A stretch of DNA of 64,000 nt from the NCBI GenBank assembly GCA_020184695.1, contig JAANOX010000081.1:124001-188000 (forward strand), read 5' to 3'. The notes below the pieces were generated by a model. That model did not search any database, was not told the origin of the DNA, and saw only the letters and a list, made by a program, of their open reading frames with translations. A program made the position numbers and the translations under genes. This document shows positions 20,001 to 29,987 of this stretch, one piece after another. The stretch is from Histomonas meleagridis 2922-C6/04-290x (lineage: Eukaryota; Protista; Parabasalia). Numbering within the stretch: position 1 is the first letter of the stretch; every line of letters begins with the position of its first letter.

Positions 20001-23000
20001 ATGTTATATTATATGGACTATCTTTAAATAGGAATATTAACGCGTTATTATGTAATTTCTCTCTACGATAAAATAAGAAAAACCAACATAAATTGAAATA
20101 TTCATTATTAGCTTCAAAATTATCATTTTCAACTAAATTTGTAATTATTTCTATAAATATTTTTTGCCATTTTTCACTATCGATATTTAAGATAATACAA
20201 ATATAATCTATAATACAAAATATATTTGTCCATTCTTTTTGTGAACATTCAGCAATAAATTTAATTATATCAGGTAATTCATAAATTATAGAACCATAAA
20301 TGACCCAAATTAACCAATTTATTGATAAACAATATTTATTTGATGGAATTAAAGCATCAAAAATTGATAAAAAGTTTTCTTTTCCTAATAAACAACCATA
20401 ATAACAACATAAAGAAAATATTTCTGGTGAATCTTGTAAAATATGTGTAATTTTTGCAAATAATGGTTTTGTAATATTATAATTATATTTTAACTCATGG
20501 AAATATATCTCAAAATGTTCAATTAATGTTAAATCTTTAAATAAATTATTTCGATGTAATTTTATTACTAATGAAATTGTTGTTAATAAAATAAATTCAT
20601 TTTCTGATAATAATAATTTATGTATTGCAGAAAAAGTTTCAGGTTTATTAATAAAGTCAATAAAAATTGTTTTATTTTTATCAATTAAATTAATTAAGAA
20701 TAATAATAAATCATAAACTTGGTTAACATCTTTACAATTTAAACAATGACTTAATATTAATATTAAATCACCTTCTGTTATTAATTTATAATAATAATTT
20801 AAAAGTATGAAAAATATTTTATTTCGAATAAAATGCAAATTATTTAAATCGAAATTTCTTTGAATAATTTCTTCGTTTTCTTGTTCATAAAATAAATAAT
20901 AACGTATTAAATCTAGAAATTCATTAAATGGTAATATTTCAGTGGGAATATAATTTTCATTTAAAAACAAGTTTTTATTCCAATATTTAACAATTTTTTC
21001 GAATTCTGTACTTCTAATCCACAATTGTAAATTTAATAAAACATCTTTAAGTAATGATTTTCTTAAATCAAAATGTGCAATTTTTTGTAATAATAAAACA
21101 AACATATTATAAAATTGAAATGTTAACCCATTAAAATTAGATGTAATTAATAAATATGATATCATTGCGAACCCATTTATATTATCGAAATGATTTTGTT
21201 GTTCTTCATCAATTAATAAAATATTTTCTAAAAGTGAAAATAATAAAACTATTTCAGATTCATCGTTACTATTTAATTTAGCAAATAATGGTAATATTAA
21301 TTCTATTTTACATACACTTAAAAACGCTTCTGGAAAATTATATATTTCTGGTGATCCAAAATATTGTTGTCTAAAATTAAATACTTTTTCAGGAGTAAAA
21401 TAATCAAAAAACTCAAAAGTTGGTTGTTTCATAAATCGCGGACCATTTTCAAATAAATATTTTATCTTTAACTTAGTTAAAGTTGGATATATTCCAAAAC
21501 AGCCAAGTTTACCATTACCATAATTCCCTCCACTAAAACGAATTATCTCTAATTCTTCAATATTTATATCTTTTTTAAATGAAACTTCTTTCGATTCTTT
21601 TAAGTCAATCCAACCTAAAAACTTTGAATTTTGACAATTAATTGTAAGTAAAAACCATTGACGAATTTTGACGTTTTCGATTAAATTTATAATTTCATCA
21701 TTAAATTTGATATAAATTGTATTATTCTTGATTCCAATTAATAGAATTTGATTGATTTCGCATATTTTTAAATCAGAATCTGATTCATCAAAATATATCC
21801 AACCTGAAAAAGAAAAAGAATTTGCTATTTCAAGTTTTTTATACATTTTCGATTGTAATACTGTATGATTTTGTAATGGAATTGTTGCACTTGGAATTTG
21901 ATAATTAGAAACAATTGAATAATTTAGGAAACGTAAATATTCTTTTCGATTTTCAGTAGTATTTAATAAAGAAATGAATTTTTGTACTATTACTGGCGAT
22001 GATATTATAATTGTTATGATCTTTAATAGATCAAGAATTTTAATTATTTTATCTTGCTCTTTAACATCTGATAATTTTTCGACAAGAAATAAATCAACTC
22101 CACTTTCATGAAAAGAAAAACAATTTTTTGTTGAATTCGAACAAAGATTTGTAAATGTATTTATTAAAATATCAAAATTTGTATCCCAAAAACATTTAAA
22201 TAACATTTTAATTAAATTTAATTGTTTAATTTCATCATCTTTAATTATATAATTTAAAAATGTATTAAAAAGTTCATTATCATTTTTAATAAAATGTTTT
22301 TCGAGTATTAAATCTTCTAATAAATTTACATATTCAATTGAAAATATCGATGTTTGACTTAAGAACTTATTATATTTAAATATATAATCCAAACAATCAA
22401 TTAATTTATTTCTATTTATAGCTTCACAAAACATATAAATCATTTTGGAAAACGTTTCTGAATATTCCGGAATATTATCAAACAATATAAATAATTGATC
22501 CAAAATTAGTTTTGCAATTATAATTCCATTTCTTTTAGGAAACATTGAACAAACTTGTTCGAAGAATATAATAAATAATTGGATGAAAGGATGTGAATGA
22601 TTTGTATTAATTTCTTTTAGAAATTTAACAATTTGATTTAATATATTTTTATATATTGATTGATCAAATATACATGACAAAAAAAATGATGTAAATATTT
22701 CATCAGCAAAAAAATTTGTAGAAATTTCATTAGATTCTAATAACATAAATAAAAGTCTAAATAAAGAAATTCGAGTTTTAATATATTTTGTATTCGGTGG
22801 ATAATTATTCATTAATAAACAATATAAACGAATAAATTTAGGATCATTTATAACAGCTTTAATTAGTTCTTCTTTCATTAATATTAATCTTTCAATTATT
22901 TCCGATAATAAATTTGGATATAAAGTAAATTTTTGTAAAAATTGGCCAAAAACATTTGTAGTTTTACATATAATCTTTAATGCAAATTGTCGTGATGAAT

Positions 23001-24264
23001 TAATCACTTTAAAGTTTGATATACAATTAAAAATTGTATAATTAGGTAAAAACAATTCATAATCAAAAAATATATCAAAAAAATCAAATGAAATTTCTTT
23101 GTTAATTAAATCAACGAAAAATAAAAACGAATTCATTAAATATTTTGATGATTTATCTTGTGGTCTGTTCTTTAATAAATTTGCAAATAATTCAATGAAA
23201 TATTTCGGATTTACTTTCTTCTCAATAAACATATGATCAATAGATACTAAAAATGAATTTACAATTGGATCACTTAAATCCTTTTTAGAAAATGGTTCAA
23301 ATTTACAAACGGGTTCTTCTAAATTAAGCATTTCAAATGATTCTGAAAATTCTGCTGAAAAGATATACGAAGTATTAAGTTGTGTAGTAGCTTCTAAACA
23401 TTCGACTTCTTCACCATTAGTTTCTGGCAATTGAAATGATGTCGTGGATTCCTCAATATATGAAACAAGTCCATTTAACACATGATTTTGTGCTTCCGTG
23501 ATAATTTCGCTTGGAAGAAGTGGAAAAAGATTAAAACATAATGATAAAGATGTTCCATTAAAATGGGAAAAAGTTGTAATAATGAATTTATATAGCTCCA
23601 TAGCAATGCTTTGTGAAAGGCTTTTTGGTTGTTCGACAAGAATAATAGTAATTAAACCAATTATACTTGCAATATGAATTGTCTCATCTGTTTTTTGGAA
23701 TTTAAAAAGATGTAATAAAAGAACTTCGTATGCAAGAGATGGAAGTTTTAAGTGTTTCGTGAAAAATGTGTAAACTGTTTTGAAAATTTCATCAAACGAA
23801 TATGAATTTTCGGTTGTAACATAAATGCAATAGAGATCAATAAAAGAATCACTTAACTGAGGGATGTCAAATTTTGATATTGTATTCATTAGTATTGGTA
23901 AATAATCGATTTTTTGGTAGATTACATAATTTTGTATAAATGCAAGAAAACAATTTGCAACATAACTAGCATAATAGGTGGTAACCTTTGGTGAGGTATT
24001 TTTAACATTTATAGCTTTTAGATGATTTTCCGATATTAAAAATGTTACAGGAAATTCGATAAAATATTCTTTTACATTTTTGTGTTTTTTTATGATATTT
24101 TTGATCTTTTTTATTTGATCATTTGTTACAGTTGGAATTTTAATTTGAGTAAAAATTCGATCAAATCCTTCTTCTTCTTTTAAATCTTCTGGATTTATAG
24201 CTGATTTTACAGCCAAAATATTGCTAATTGTCTGTTTCAGATGAGAAGAAAAATCAAAACTCAT
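17086..24264 (-). CDS. Beige/BEACH domain protein (ConA-like, PH, BEACH, WD40-like)
   Basis: YPIVPWII, RDLSKPIG, ELIPEFFFEPEFL, WIDLIFGYKQRG, GQVPPQLF. Confidence 0.97.
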   Translation of the reverse strand: MSFDFSSHLKQTISNILAVKSAINPEDLKEEEGFDRIFTQIKIPTVTNDQIKKIKNIIKKHKNVKEYFIEFPVTFLISENHLKAINVKNTSPKVTTYYASYVANCFLAFIQNYVIYQKIDYLPILMNTISKFDIPQLSDSFIDLYCIYVTTENSYSFDEIFKTVYTFFTKHLKLPSLAYEVLLLHLFKFQKTDETIHIASIIGLITIILVEQPKSLSQSIAMELYKFIITTFSHFNGTSLSLCFNLFPLLPSEIITEAQNHVLNGLVSYIEESTTSFQLPETNGEEVECLEATTQLNTSYIFSAEFSESFEMLNLEEPVCKFEPFSKKDLSDPIVNSFLVSIDHMFIEKKVNPKYFIELFANLLKNRPQDKSSKYLMNSFLFFVDLINKEISFDFFDIFFDYELFLPNYTIFNCISNFKVINSSRQFALKIICKTTNVFGQFLQKFTLYPNLLSEIIERLILMKEELIKAVINDPKFIRLYCLLMNNYPPNTKYIKTRISLFRLLFMLLESNEISTNFFADEIFTSFFLSCIFDQSIYKNILNQIVKFLKEINTNHSHPFIQLFIIFFEQVCSMFPKRNGIIIAKLILDQLFILFDNIPEYSETFSKMIYMFCEAINRNKLIDCLDYIFKYNKFLSQTSIFSIEYVNLLEDLILEKHFIKNDNELFNTFLNYIIKDDEIKQLNLIKMLFKCFWDTNFDILINTFTNLCSNSTKNCFSFHESGVDLFLVEKLSDVKEQDKIIKILDLLKIITIIISSPVIVQKFISLLNTTENRKEYLRFLNYSIVSNYQIPSATIPLQNHTVLQSKMYKKLEIANSFSFSGWIYFDESDSDLKICEINQILLIGIKNNTIYIKFNDEIINLIENVKIRQWFLLTINCQNSKFLGWIDLKESKEVSFKKDINIEELEIIRFSGGNYGNGKLGCFGIYPTLTKLKIKYLFENGPRFMKQPTFEFFDYFTPEKVFNFRQQYFGSPEIYNFPEAFLSVCKIELILPLFAKLNSNDESEIVLLFSLLENILLIDEEQQNHFDNINGFAMISYLLITSNFNGLTFQFYNMFVLLLQKIAHFDLRKSLLKDVLLNLQLWIRSTEFEKIVKYWNKNLFLNENYIPTEILPFNEFLDLIRYYLFYEQENEEIIQRNFDLNNLHFIRNKIFFILLNYYYKLITEGDLILILSHCLNCKDVNQVYDLLLFLINLIDKNKTIFIDFINKPETFSAIHKLLLSENEFILLTTISLVIKLHRNNLFKDLTLIEHFEIYFHELKYNYNITKPLFAKITHILQDSPEIFSLCCYYGCLLGKENFLSIFDALIPSNKYCLSINWLIWVIYGSIIYELPDIIKFIAECSQKEWTNIFCIIDYICIILNIDSEKWQKIFIEIITNLVENDNFEANNEYFNLCWFFLFYRREKLHNNALIFLFKDSPYNITYENKQILSNVKNDTIKTWKNFFDKEQNEIDIENDLEYKIIDSNLNQSNYYFGLRMFFSQNVFQWEDSQLSLRILKLCEKSDIISTQVYSVIIKYYLYKRNPINDLNIPIPNLANVSQGIIQNIRNFSMNCYKKSLNKFINNQNNYELISINHLIQTTHIIKKNLEITTKSWRVLWSQMATDYAPWGVSYDIKHHYKRDNTLNVNFCPFRTKLNRHFDKHKTASKMRDLGITIEEVKEPKKLHPLTIDDELQKFNEPKKDQKFYNERTIYQSKCEVIKINYTYDATFILSQKHIKILSDKSFHYFPLTSIKYIFWRRRKQHQTSIEIFLLNGKTYFIDFLDKTSKYITNKISSIAPKTIIIQQTNYQNFINTFQMTEKWKNNEISNFEYLMFLNIIASRSFNDSSQYPIVPWIITNFDDSEIDLNDETIFRDLSKPIGSLGKEKFQELLERIKDLELFDVKPFLYSTYVSSPLSVFLYLIRMEPFTQLHIDMQGGRFDNPSRVFSSMKRTFDLILTQMNDYRELIPEFFFEPEFLTNNNEFDLGKVKETSIDNVVLPNWANSPMDFIYKSRKALESSYASKNLNNWIDLIFGYKQRGENAKKYYNVYREELYDDIWEKVDINDKLRKLEVETTLEQVGQVPPQLFVSPHCCRNNDNIKNSIISTSKKINLEIDSIIFSFFKFENDLIIEFYILTDKYELKLFVFNFLNNEINVFNKDIGNISLKNPILYDNFKNVLIVITNSGYMINYFDITKCNLISKEILRNKILNVSTTKNYYVLSHDNACSTIHNNNDKSQITVKTYRSSILCTYSNETFGVIINGTDDGSLIVSSLFDGTTIHAIRLKMIPKKIIITKNWGFIIVNGFNIIDGKEEYYLALYNINGIEIKTIKIDFVVDLWITWTNEKGFDFIALATSNGKIYVFEAYYLIDEILYRCFAKIIMLHYSLKKRILTAMTDNGNIVFIPYVESEENLLK

Positions 24265-24464
24265 TTGTTTTAGAAGCCTTGATCTTTTATTGTTTTCGAC
24301 TTTTCTTTGGAGTAAACTATTTAATTTTTGGGTCGTTTTTGCATAAGAAAGCGTTTATTTTTGGAATAAGTACTTATTCGTTTGCTTTGAATTTTCTGCT
24401 TTGTGTGCACGACGCTTTTTGTGAATGCATTGTTTCGTTGTCTCATGAAAAAGTTTCATTTGTG

Positions 24465-26465
24465 TTGATTGGGAGAATTTCTTTCATTCTGTTCGCTTTG
24501 AGTCATTTTTCTAAACTAATAACAAGCACCGAAAGTAACAACACAGTTTATTTGACTGATAGATTTATAAATTTAACACTTTATAAAGAGTTGACAAAAT
24601 ATCTTGTTATTTGTAATAATTTCAAAACTATTTTCAACAACGACTTTTCACATTGGGATTTACTCATAGAAGTTAATATTTCTTCGGTAATGTCAATTGG
24701 CTCTAATGCATTTTCATTCTGTTCAAATTTAATTACTGTAACAATTGATGATAATATCAAATCAATTGGAACTTATGCATTTTCCTCATGTCCACGTTTG
24801 TCTAATGTTCGTATTAATTCAAAATTTGTTGTTTATAAAAATTTTTCTTTTTCTAATTGTAGTAAACTCAATGTAGACTTCCAAAATAACCACATTTCCC
24901 CGCAAAATAAACTTATTTTAAACTCAATAAAATATTCATACTCACCAACACTTATACAACTTGATGCAAATGCAGATTTAAATAAAATTATTGAATCTCA
25001 AACTGAAACACAAGTTCCCACATTGACATCATCATATACAACCACACAAGAAGTCACACAAACCGATTCAATAACGCATACACTCCAAAATACCATAATA
25101 TCAAACATTATTAATACTATATCGCCATCAAATACATTATCGCCTACACTTGAAATGACTTATTCGTTAACTGATATATACACTGATACTTTAGTTGATT
25201 CGTCCACATCTTCTTTATCGTATACATCAGTTTGGACATCATCTTTAATTTCAACAACAACAAAAGTTCCATCAATAACTTATGTTAATACTTTAACAAA
25301 TTCTTATACAAATGTTCAATTAATTACATCAACAAATGTTGAAACAATATCATCAACAAGATGGGTAACAATAATTAATAGAGTACCAGTAGAATCATGG
25401 TTTGAGACTACAATCACAACACTCATAGAAACAATAACAACAATATCTTCGCAAACATTATCACAAACACTTTCACCAGTATCGACATCAACAGATTCAC
25501 AAACGTTAATATCAACAAATTCTATGACATCATCAGATGTTATGGTTCCATCTATGACGAAAACAGTAATAACAATATTAAGTGATATAACGCATTCTGA
25601 ATTGTCGCAAAAATTTGTACAATCAATAACACAAGTACCATCACAAACTATAAGTCAAACAGATTCATTCGTTTTATCACCAACAATCACAACGTCCGAA
25701 ACATTAACAGATGTTCCAACACTTACATTTTTTATGGTAAATTCTATTACATACATTGATACGTACATAGAAATCGCATCAAATACATTTTCATCTTCAG
25801 ATTCATTTACGTTAACATTTTCATTTTCACACACATTTTCTAATTCAGATAAATTTACATCTTCAAATACATTTACTAAGTCAAATATGTTTAGTGCATC
25901 TAAGGACATAACATTAGAAACCAGCACAAGTACAGACGAATTCACAAATTTAACTGAAAGCAAAACAGATACAGTTACATCTAATGATTCATATTCGAAA
26001 ATTTTAACGCATACATTAACAATTACTAATACAATTACAATTAGTGTATTCATTTCGCATACATTTTTTATTTCTTTATATGACACAGGTTATACATATG
26101 TTATAAGTGAATCGATATATTACCAATATATAATTATTTCATATTCAACATATTTACAGTATTATTCAAATTTCTTTATGTTTTCTACTCAACAATATGA
26201 TTCAAATAAAGAAAATAATACAAATGTTTATATTATAACGGGAATTGTTGTCGCATTAGTTGTCATTGCTGTTGTTACTGTAATTGTTGTGGTTTTAATT
26301 CGAATTTCTAAGAGAAAAAATAAAGAAATTGAAGAAAAATCGATGGATGTAATAGAAGCAAAGAATGATAAAGTCGAAGATTTCGGAATTTTAACATTAA
26401 GTAATATCGAAGAAGATCCATTTGCAGATGATTTCAAAGAACAAAAATTTGTTTCATCTCTTTAA
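24465..26465 (+). CDS. BspA-like (TpLRR) type I surface protein with Ser/Thr-rich stalk, TM helix and DPFADDF tail; start codon uncertain
   Basis: SIGSNAFSFCSNL and SIGTYAFSSCPRL repeats; long S/T-rich region; TM IITGIVVALVVIAVVTVIVVVLI. Signal-like (L)IGRISFILFALS begins at TTG 24465; the first in-frame ATG is at 24690. Confidence 0.75.
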   Translation: MIGRISFILFALSHFSKLITSTESNNTVYLTDRFINLTLYKELTKYLVICNNFKTIFNNDFSHWDLLIEVNISSVMSIGSNAFSFCSNLITVTIDDNIKSIGTYAFSSCPRLSNVRINSKFVVYKNFSFSNCSKLNVDFQNNHISPQNKLILNSIKYSYSPTLIQLDANADLNKIIESQTETQVPTLTSSYTTTQEVTQTDSITHTLQNTIISNIINTISPSNTLSPTLEMTYSLTDIYTDTLVDSSTSSLSYTSVWTSSLISTTTKVPSITYVNTLTNSYTNVQLITSTNVETISSTRWVTIINRVPVESWFETTITTLIETITTISSQTLSQTLSPVSTSTDSQTLISTNSMTSSDVMVPSMTKTVITILSDITHSELSQKFVQSITQVPSQTISQTDSFVLSPTITTSETLTDVPTLTFFMVNSITYIDTYIEIASNTFSSSDSFTLTFSFSHTFSNSDKFTSSNTFTKSNMFSASKDITLETSTSTDEFTNLTESKTDTVTSNDSYSKILTHTLTITNTITISVFISHTFFISLYDTGYTYVISESIYYQYIIISYSTYLQYYSNFFMFSTQQYDSNKENNTNVYIITGIVVALVVIAVVTVIVVVLIRISKRKNKEIEEKSMDVIEAKNDKVEDFGILTLSNIEEDPFADDFKEQKFVSSL

Positions 26466-27063
26466 TTATTTAAGTAGATTCTGTAGTAATCAAATATAAA
26501 AAATCATTGTGAATAAACATTTTATTATTTTGTAAATTTTTTTTAATGACAATTTCACTTGGTTTTTTTCATATTGTTTCAAATCTTATTGATTTTAATA
26601 AAATTTAACAATTTTCTTCATTTAAAACAAATATTATTAATATGCATATTAAAATGAAAATATATTATTGAATTATAATTGATTTATTAAAAATATGGTA
26701 TAATTATTCATTAATAAAAATTATGGAAATCATATTTATGATTTAAAAAATATCATTGAAAAAAAAAACATTTATTAAAATAAGAAAAAATTGGATTTTT
26801 GATAATTTAGTTTTTCAGATCTATTTTAATAACCAATTATTCACCCGCTTTAAAAACATCTTTAAGTACTATTGTACTTCAGCGATTTTTGTTATTAAGT
26901 AATATTAAAGTAAAATAAAAATGTAATAGTTCTCATATAAAATTTTACATCATGATTAATTTTTTTTGCATACGACATTTTTTTGCTTTGTTACATAAAT
27001 GAGATTTTAAAATTTATTCTAATAGTAATTCCTCATTAAACATTGGTGGGCTTCGGATTAGAA

Positions 27064-27115
27064 ACGGCCGTTGACGGCGGTTATTGTAATACCAGAAGTA
27101 CGAAAGTGACACTTT
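27064..27115 (+). promoter_or_regulatory. M3-like CGGCCGTT / CGGCGGTT elements plus M2 AAAGTGAC before the ATG at 27116
   Basis: ACGGCCGTTG 27064-27073, GACGGCGGTT 27073-27082, AAAGTGAC 27103-27110. Confidence 0.5.
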
Positions 27116-28150
27116 ATGGATGAAAACTATCAAGATCCCTCAGGACGGTTCAAAAGGGGAGACGTAATAATACGAAAAGGTATTCAGGTTTCATATAGAG
27201 GGTATGATCAAAATGATGGAATTCTTTGTTTATGGAATGAAATTTATATTGAAGGCTCAACTGAAAGTGGATTTAATAACCTTATTAAAATCATTAACTT
27301 TGTTGGATCAGTTCCACATCCAAATCTTATTGGGCTATATCGTGCTTGGATCGACAAAGCAAGAAAAGTTTTTATTTATATCACTGAACTATTTTCTTTC
27401 CAATCAATTAAGAGCTACATTTCTGAAGTTGTTCATAGTCCATCACGTTCAGCAATTGGAAATTGGTGCAGTCAAATAATTGACGGGCTTGAACAATATC
27501 ATTCAAGGGATCCGCCACTAGCTCATGGAGATATATCATGTAGTAACATTTACATTGATGGATCAGATGGAATTGTTAAAATTGGTCCACCAAATCTTGA
27601 AATGATATTATTTGGAATACCACCAGAACTTGCAGCACCCGAAGTCAAATCTTCCACATCAGATCCAAAGGCAGACATTTGGCAAATCGGCCTTACCATT
27701 ATTGAGATAGCCACAGGTCATGAGCCGTATTCAGAATACACGTCACCAATGGCAAAACGTAATGCAATTGTTGATGGAATCATGCCTCAAGCCATCTCCG
27801 ATGTTTCTGACCCAATAATAGCTGATTTTATTACCACATGTTTATTACCATCAGATCAACGACCATCTTTATCACAACTCCGAGAACATATCCTTATATC
27901 TGAGAACATGAATGCAACTGTTGTTTCATCAATGCGTGAAGAAGGAGCAATTCAAAATGAAAACAAAAACTCAATAGAGAACGTTAAGCAGTCACCAGAG
28001 TTTCTCGCTCTTCTGGAGAAACAAAAGAAAGAAAAAGAAGAGCTAGTGAGACAACAGAGAAAAGAAAGGAAAGAGAAAAGAGAAGCAATAAGGTCTGCTT
28101 CCAAAAAGAAACAATCTTTGAGGGAACTGCTCAGTGAAGTTCACTCTTAG
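27116..28150 (+). CDS. WNK/NRBP-like protein, probable pseudokinase
   Basis: VSYRGYD..GILCLWNE, HPNLI..Y.AW, ITELF, DPPLAHGDISCSNIYI, KADIWQIG. The DLG motif is replaced by GPP. Confidence 0.8.
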   Translation: MDENYQDPSGRFKRGDVIIRKGIQVSYRGYDQNDGILCLWNEIYIEGSTESGFNNLIKIINFVGSVPHPNLIGLYRAWIDKARKVFIYITELFSFQSIKSYISEVVHSPSRSAIGNWCSQIIDGLEQYHSRDPPLAHGDISCSNIYIDGSDGIVKIGPPNLEMILFGIPPELAAPEVKSSTSDPKADIWQIGLTIIEIATGHEPYSEYTSPMAKRNAIVDGIMPQAISDVSDPIIADFITTCLLPSDQRPSLSQLREHILISENMNATVVSSMREEGAIQNENKNSIENVKQSPEFLALLEKQKKEKEELVRQQRKERKEKREAIRSASKKKQSLRELLSEVHS

Positions 28151-28166
28151 TTCTGAATTTTCTGAA

Positions 28167-28241
28167 AGACAAAGCGAACTCGGTGAACGAGTCCAATTGT
28201 CTGAACATTGTGCACTGCCTATGCGCTACATGGTTCAATGT
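28167..28241. ncRNA. Candidate two-hairpin structured RNA downstream of the WNK-like stop codon
   Basis: Hairpin 1 AGACAA/TTGTCT with inner ACTCG/CGAGT; hairpin 2 ACATTG/CAATGT with inner GTGCA/TGCGC. GC-richer than the flanks. Confidence 0.3.
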
Positions 28242-28462
28242 ACGCTGGGTGTATAAATACTTATATTTTTGTTATTAGTTTAAATTGCACAAATCTTCAA
28301 TTAAATAAAAAATATTTTTATAAATGATGCAATGTTTTTGTGTATTTCGCAAATTCCTTTTGAAGTACTCCGAAAATTTATCAAGATGTGGACAGAAATC
28401 AGAATAAAAAAAAATAATTTTGCGAAATCAATATTGTTTAATATTACATAAATATGTTTGTT

Positions 28463-29023
28463 TCATTGTACACTTGCTGTTGGCTCTGTTATTCCTTCAG
28501 TTATTGGGTAATTCTGTATATTTATATGATTTGTGATTTGACCTTTTTTGATGGCAGCAGCATTTGGATTTTGCATAAGCCTTATGGTCCATTTTCTAAG
28601 CTCTACAAAATTATCTTTGATAATTGGAAAGAAATTCGATAAATTTCCAGCATATTCCGAATTTGTTGGAACAGTCATGTATCCGATATTTTGAAACATA
28701 GCGTTAATAGAGGATTTACATTTGGCTAATAAAAGACGAAGTTGATGTGTGTTGATAGCCAATGCGTTATCTATCCAACATATTCCACAAACAAGACTTC
28801 GCTTCCATATGTCCGCTTCATCATGATAAACAAATGCTTTTAGTGTTGATATGATTTCTTGATTAATTTCACTTGAATGATGTCTTCGATGTTTGCATGC
28901 AGAAGAAGAAAGTGTATTACGTATTGCAATGTACTGTTGCTGATCAGCTTCATTGAGAATTTCCCAGTACATTGGCATTTGGACGGAGGGAGTTTCATTA
29001 GAAGCTTGTTTTTCTGTCTTCAT
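28463..29023 (-). CDS. IBP39-like initiator-binding domain (IBD) protein
   Basis: YWEILNEADQQQY, WKRSLVCGICW, AINTHQLRLLLAKCKSSINAMFQNIGY. In-frame ATG at 29023. Confidence 0.9.
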   Translation of the reverse strand: MKTEKQASNETPSVQMPMYWEILNEADQQQYIAIRNTLSSSACKHRRHHSSEINQEIISTLKAFVYHDEADIWKRSLVCGICWIDNALAINTHQLRLLLAKCKSSINAMFQNIGYMTVPTNSEYAGNLSNFFPIIKDNFVELRKWTIRLMQNPNAAAIKKGQITNHINIQNYPITEGITEPTASVQ

Positions 29024-29401
29024 TTTAAATGGCAAAATGGCCACATGACCCCGCCATAATCCGTTATTGCTCTGAAAAAGTTACACCAAAAAAGCTGAAA
29101 AACGAAAAAGTGCAAAACTGGTTTTCGGATCCCATCGTTTTTCTTGGGATCCTTTCTGGTTAACTTCGTATGAATCACTTCCTAAGGCCTGATCTGTAAT
29201 GTGTCTCAAGCTGGTTACTAAAAATTCATTTTTTTTCCTAATTATCGTTTAATTTATTCATTTAAATTTTACTCAGGAATATGATAATAATGAAAGACTT
29301 GAATAAGCAAATGCATCGCATTAATATGTAAACACTTCGCACTTGAGAGTATGAAATTAGATTTTGGAATAGATTTGACTTGGTTTGTTTAGATTAATCT
29401 A

Positions 29402-29788
29402 ATGGAGCAGAAACCCCTTGGCGTTGTGACAGCGGAAGAATTAGTTTCTTTAATTGACACCGGAAAGGCAATGATAATAGACTCTAGGGATTCTGATTAC
29501 GGTGAGGGTGGAGTAATTAAAAACTCTGTTCATATACCTTACTTTGGTCTAAATTTCCAAGGGTGCAAAGGAATAATGGAACGTGTAGAGGAACTTGGTG
29601 TTGATAATGTTGTTACCTACTGTAAATATGGACAACAAAGAAGTGTCAAAATGGCGAGAAGACTTGTTGATTTCTTTGCTCAATATAAACCAGACTCCAC
29701 AACCAAAATATCATATCTTCAATACGGTCTTGAAGGCTTCTTAGACAAGTACCAAGATACTGGATATGTAATTCCTCATTATTTCTGA
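29402..29788 (+). CDS. Cdc25-like/Acr2-type rhodanese-fold phosphatase or arsenate reductase
   Basis: IIDSRDSDY..GVIKNSVHIP; CX5R active loop CKYGQQR; YLQYG.EGF. Confidence 0.8.
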   Translation: MEQKPLGVVTAEELVSLIDTGKAMIIDSRDSDYGEGGVIKNSVHIPYFGLNFQGCKGIMERVEELGVDNVVTYCKYGQQRSVKMARRLVDFFAQYKPDSTTKISYLQYGLEGFLDKYQDTGYVIPHYF

Positions 29789-29987
29789 AAAAAAATATTT
29801 TTAATTACTACCAAACTTTAAGCTTAAAGAAACGCAAAACAATTGTTACTAAACACTCAACAAAAAATATTTTGTTGTCTGAAGTTGGACGATCAAATTC
29901 AATTGAATGGAATACGTTTGAATTATTTTTGATTTCGTTTTTGATGGTGTAACAATTTTTAAATTTTGTTATTTATTACATATCACA

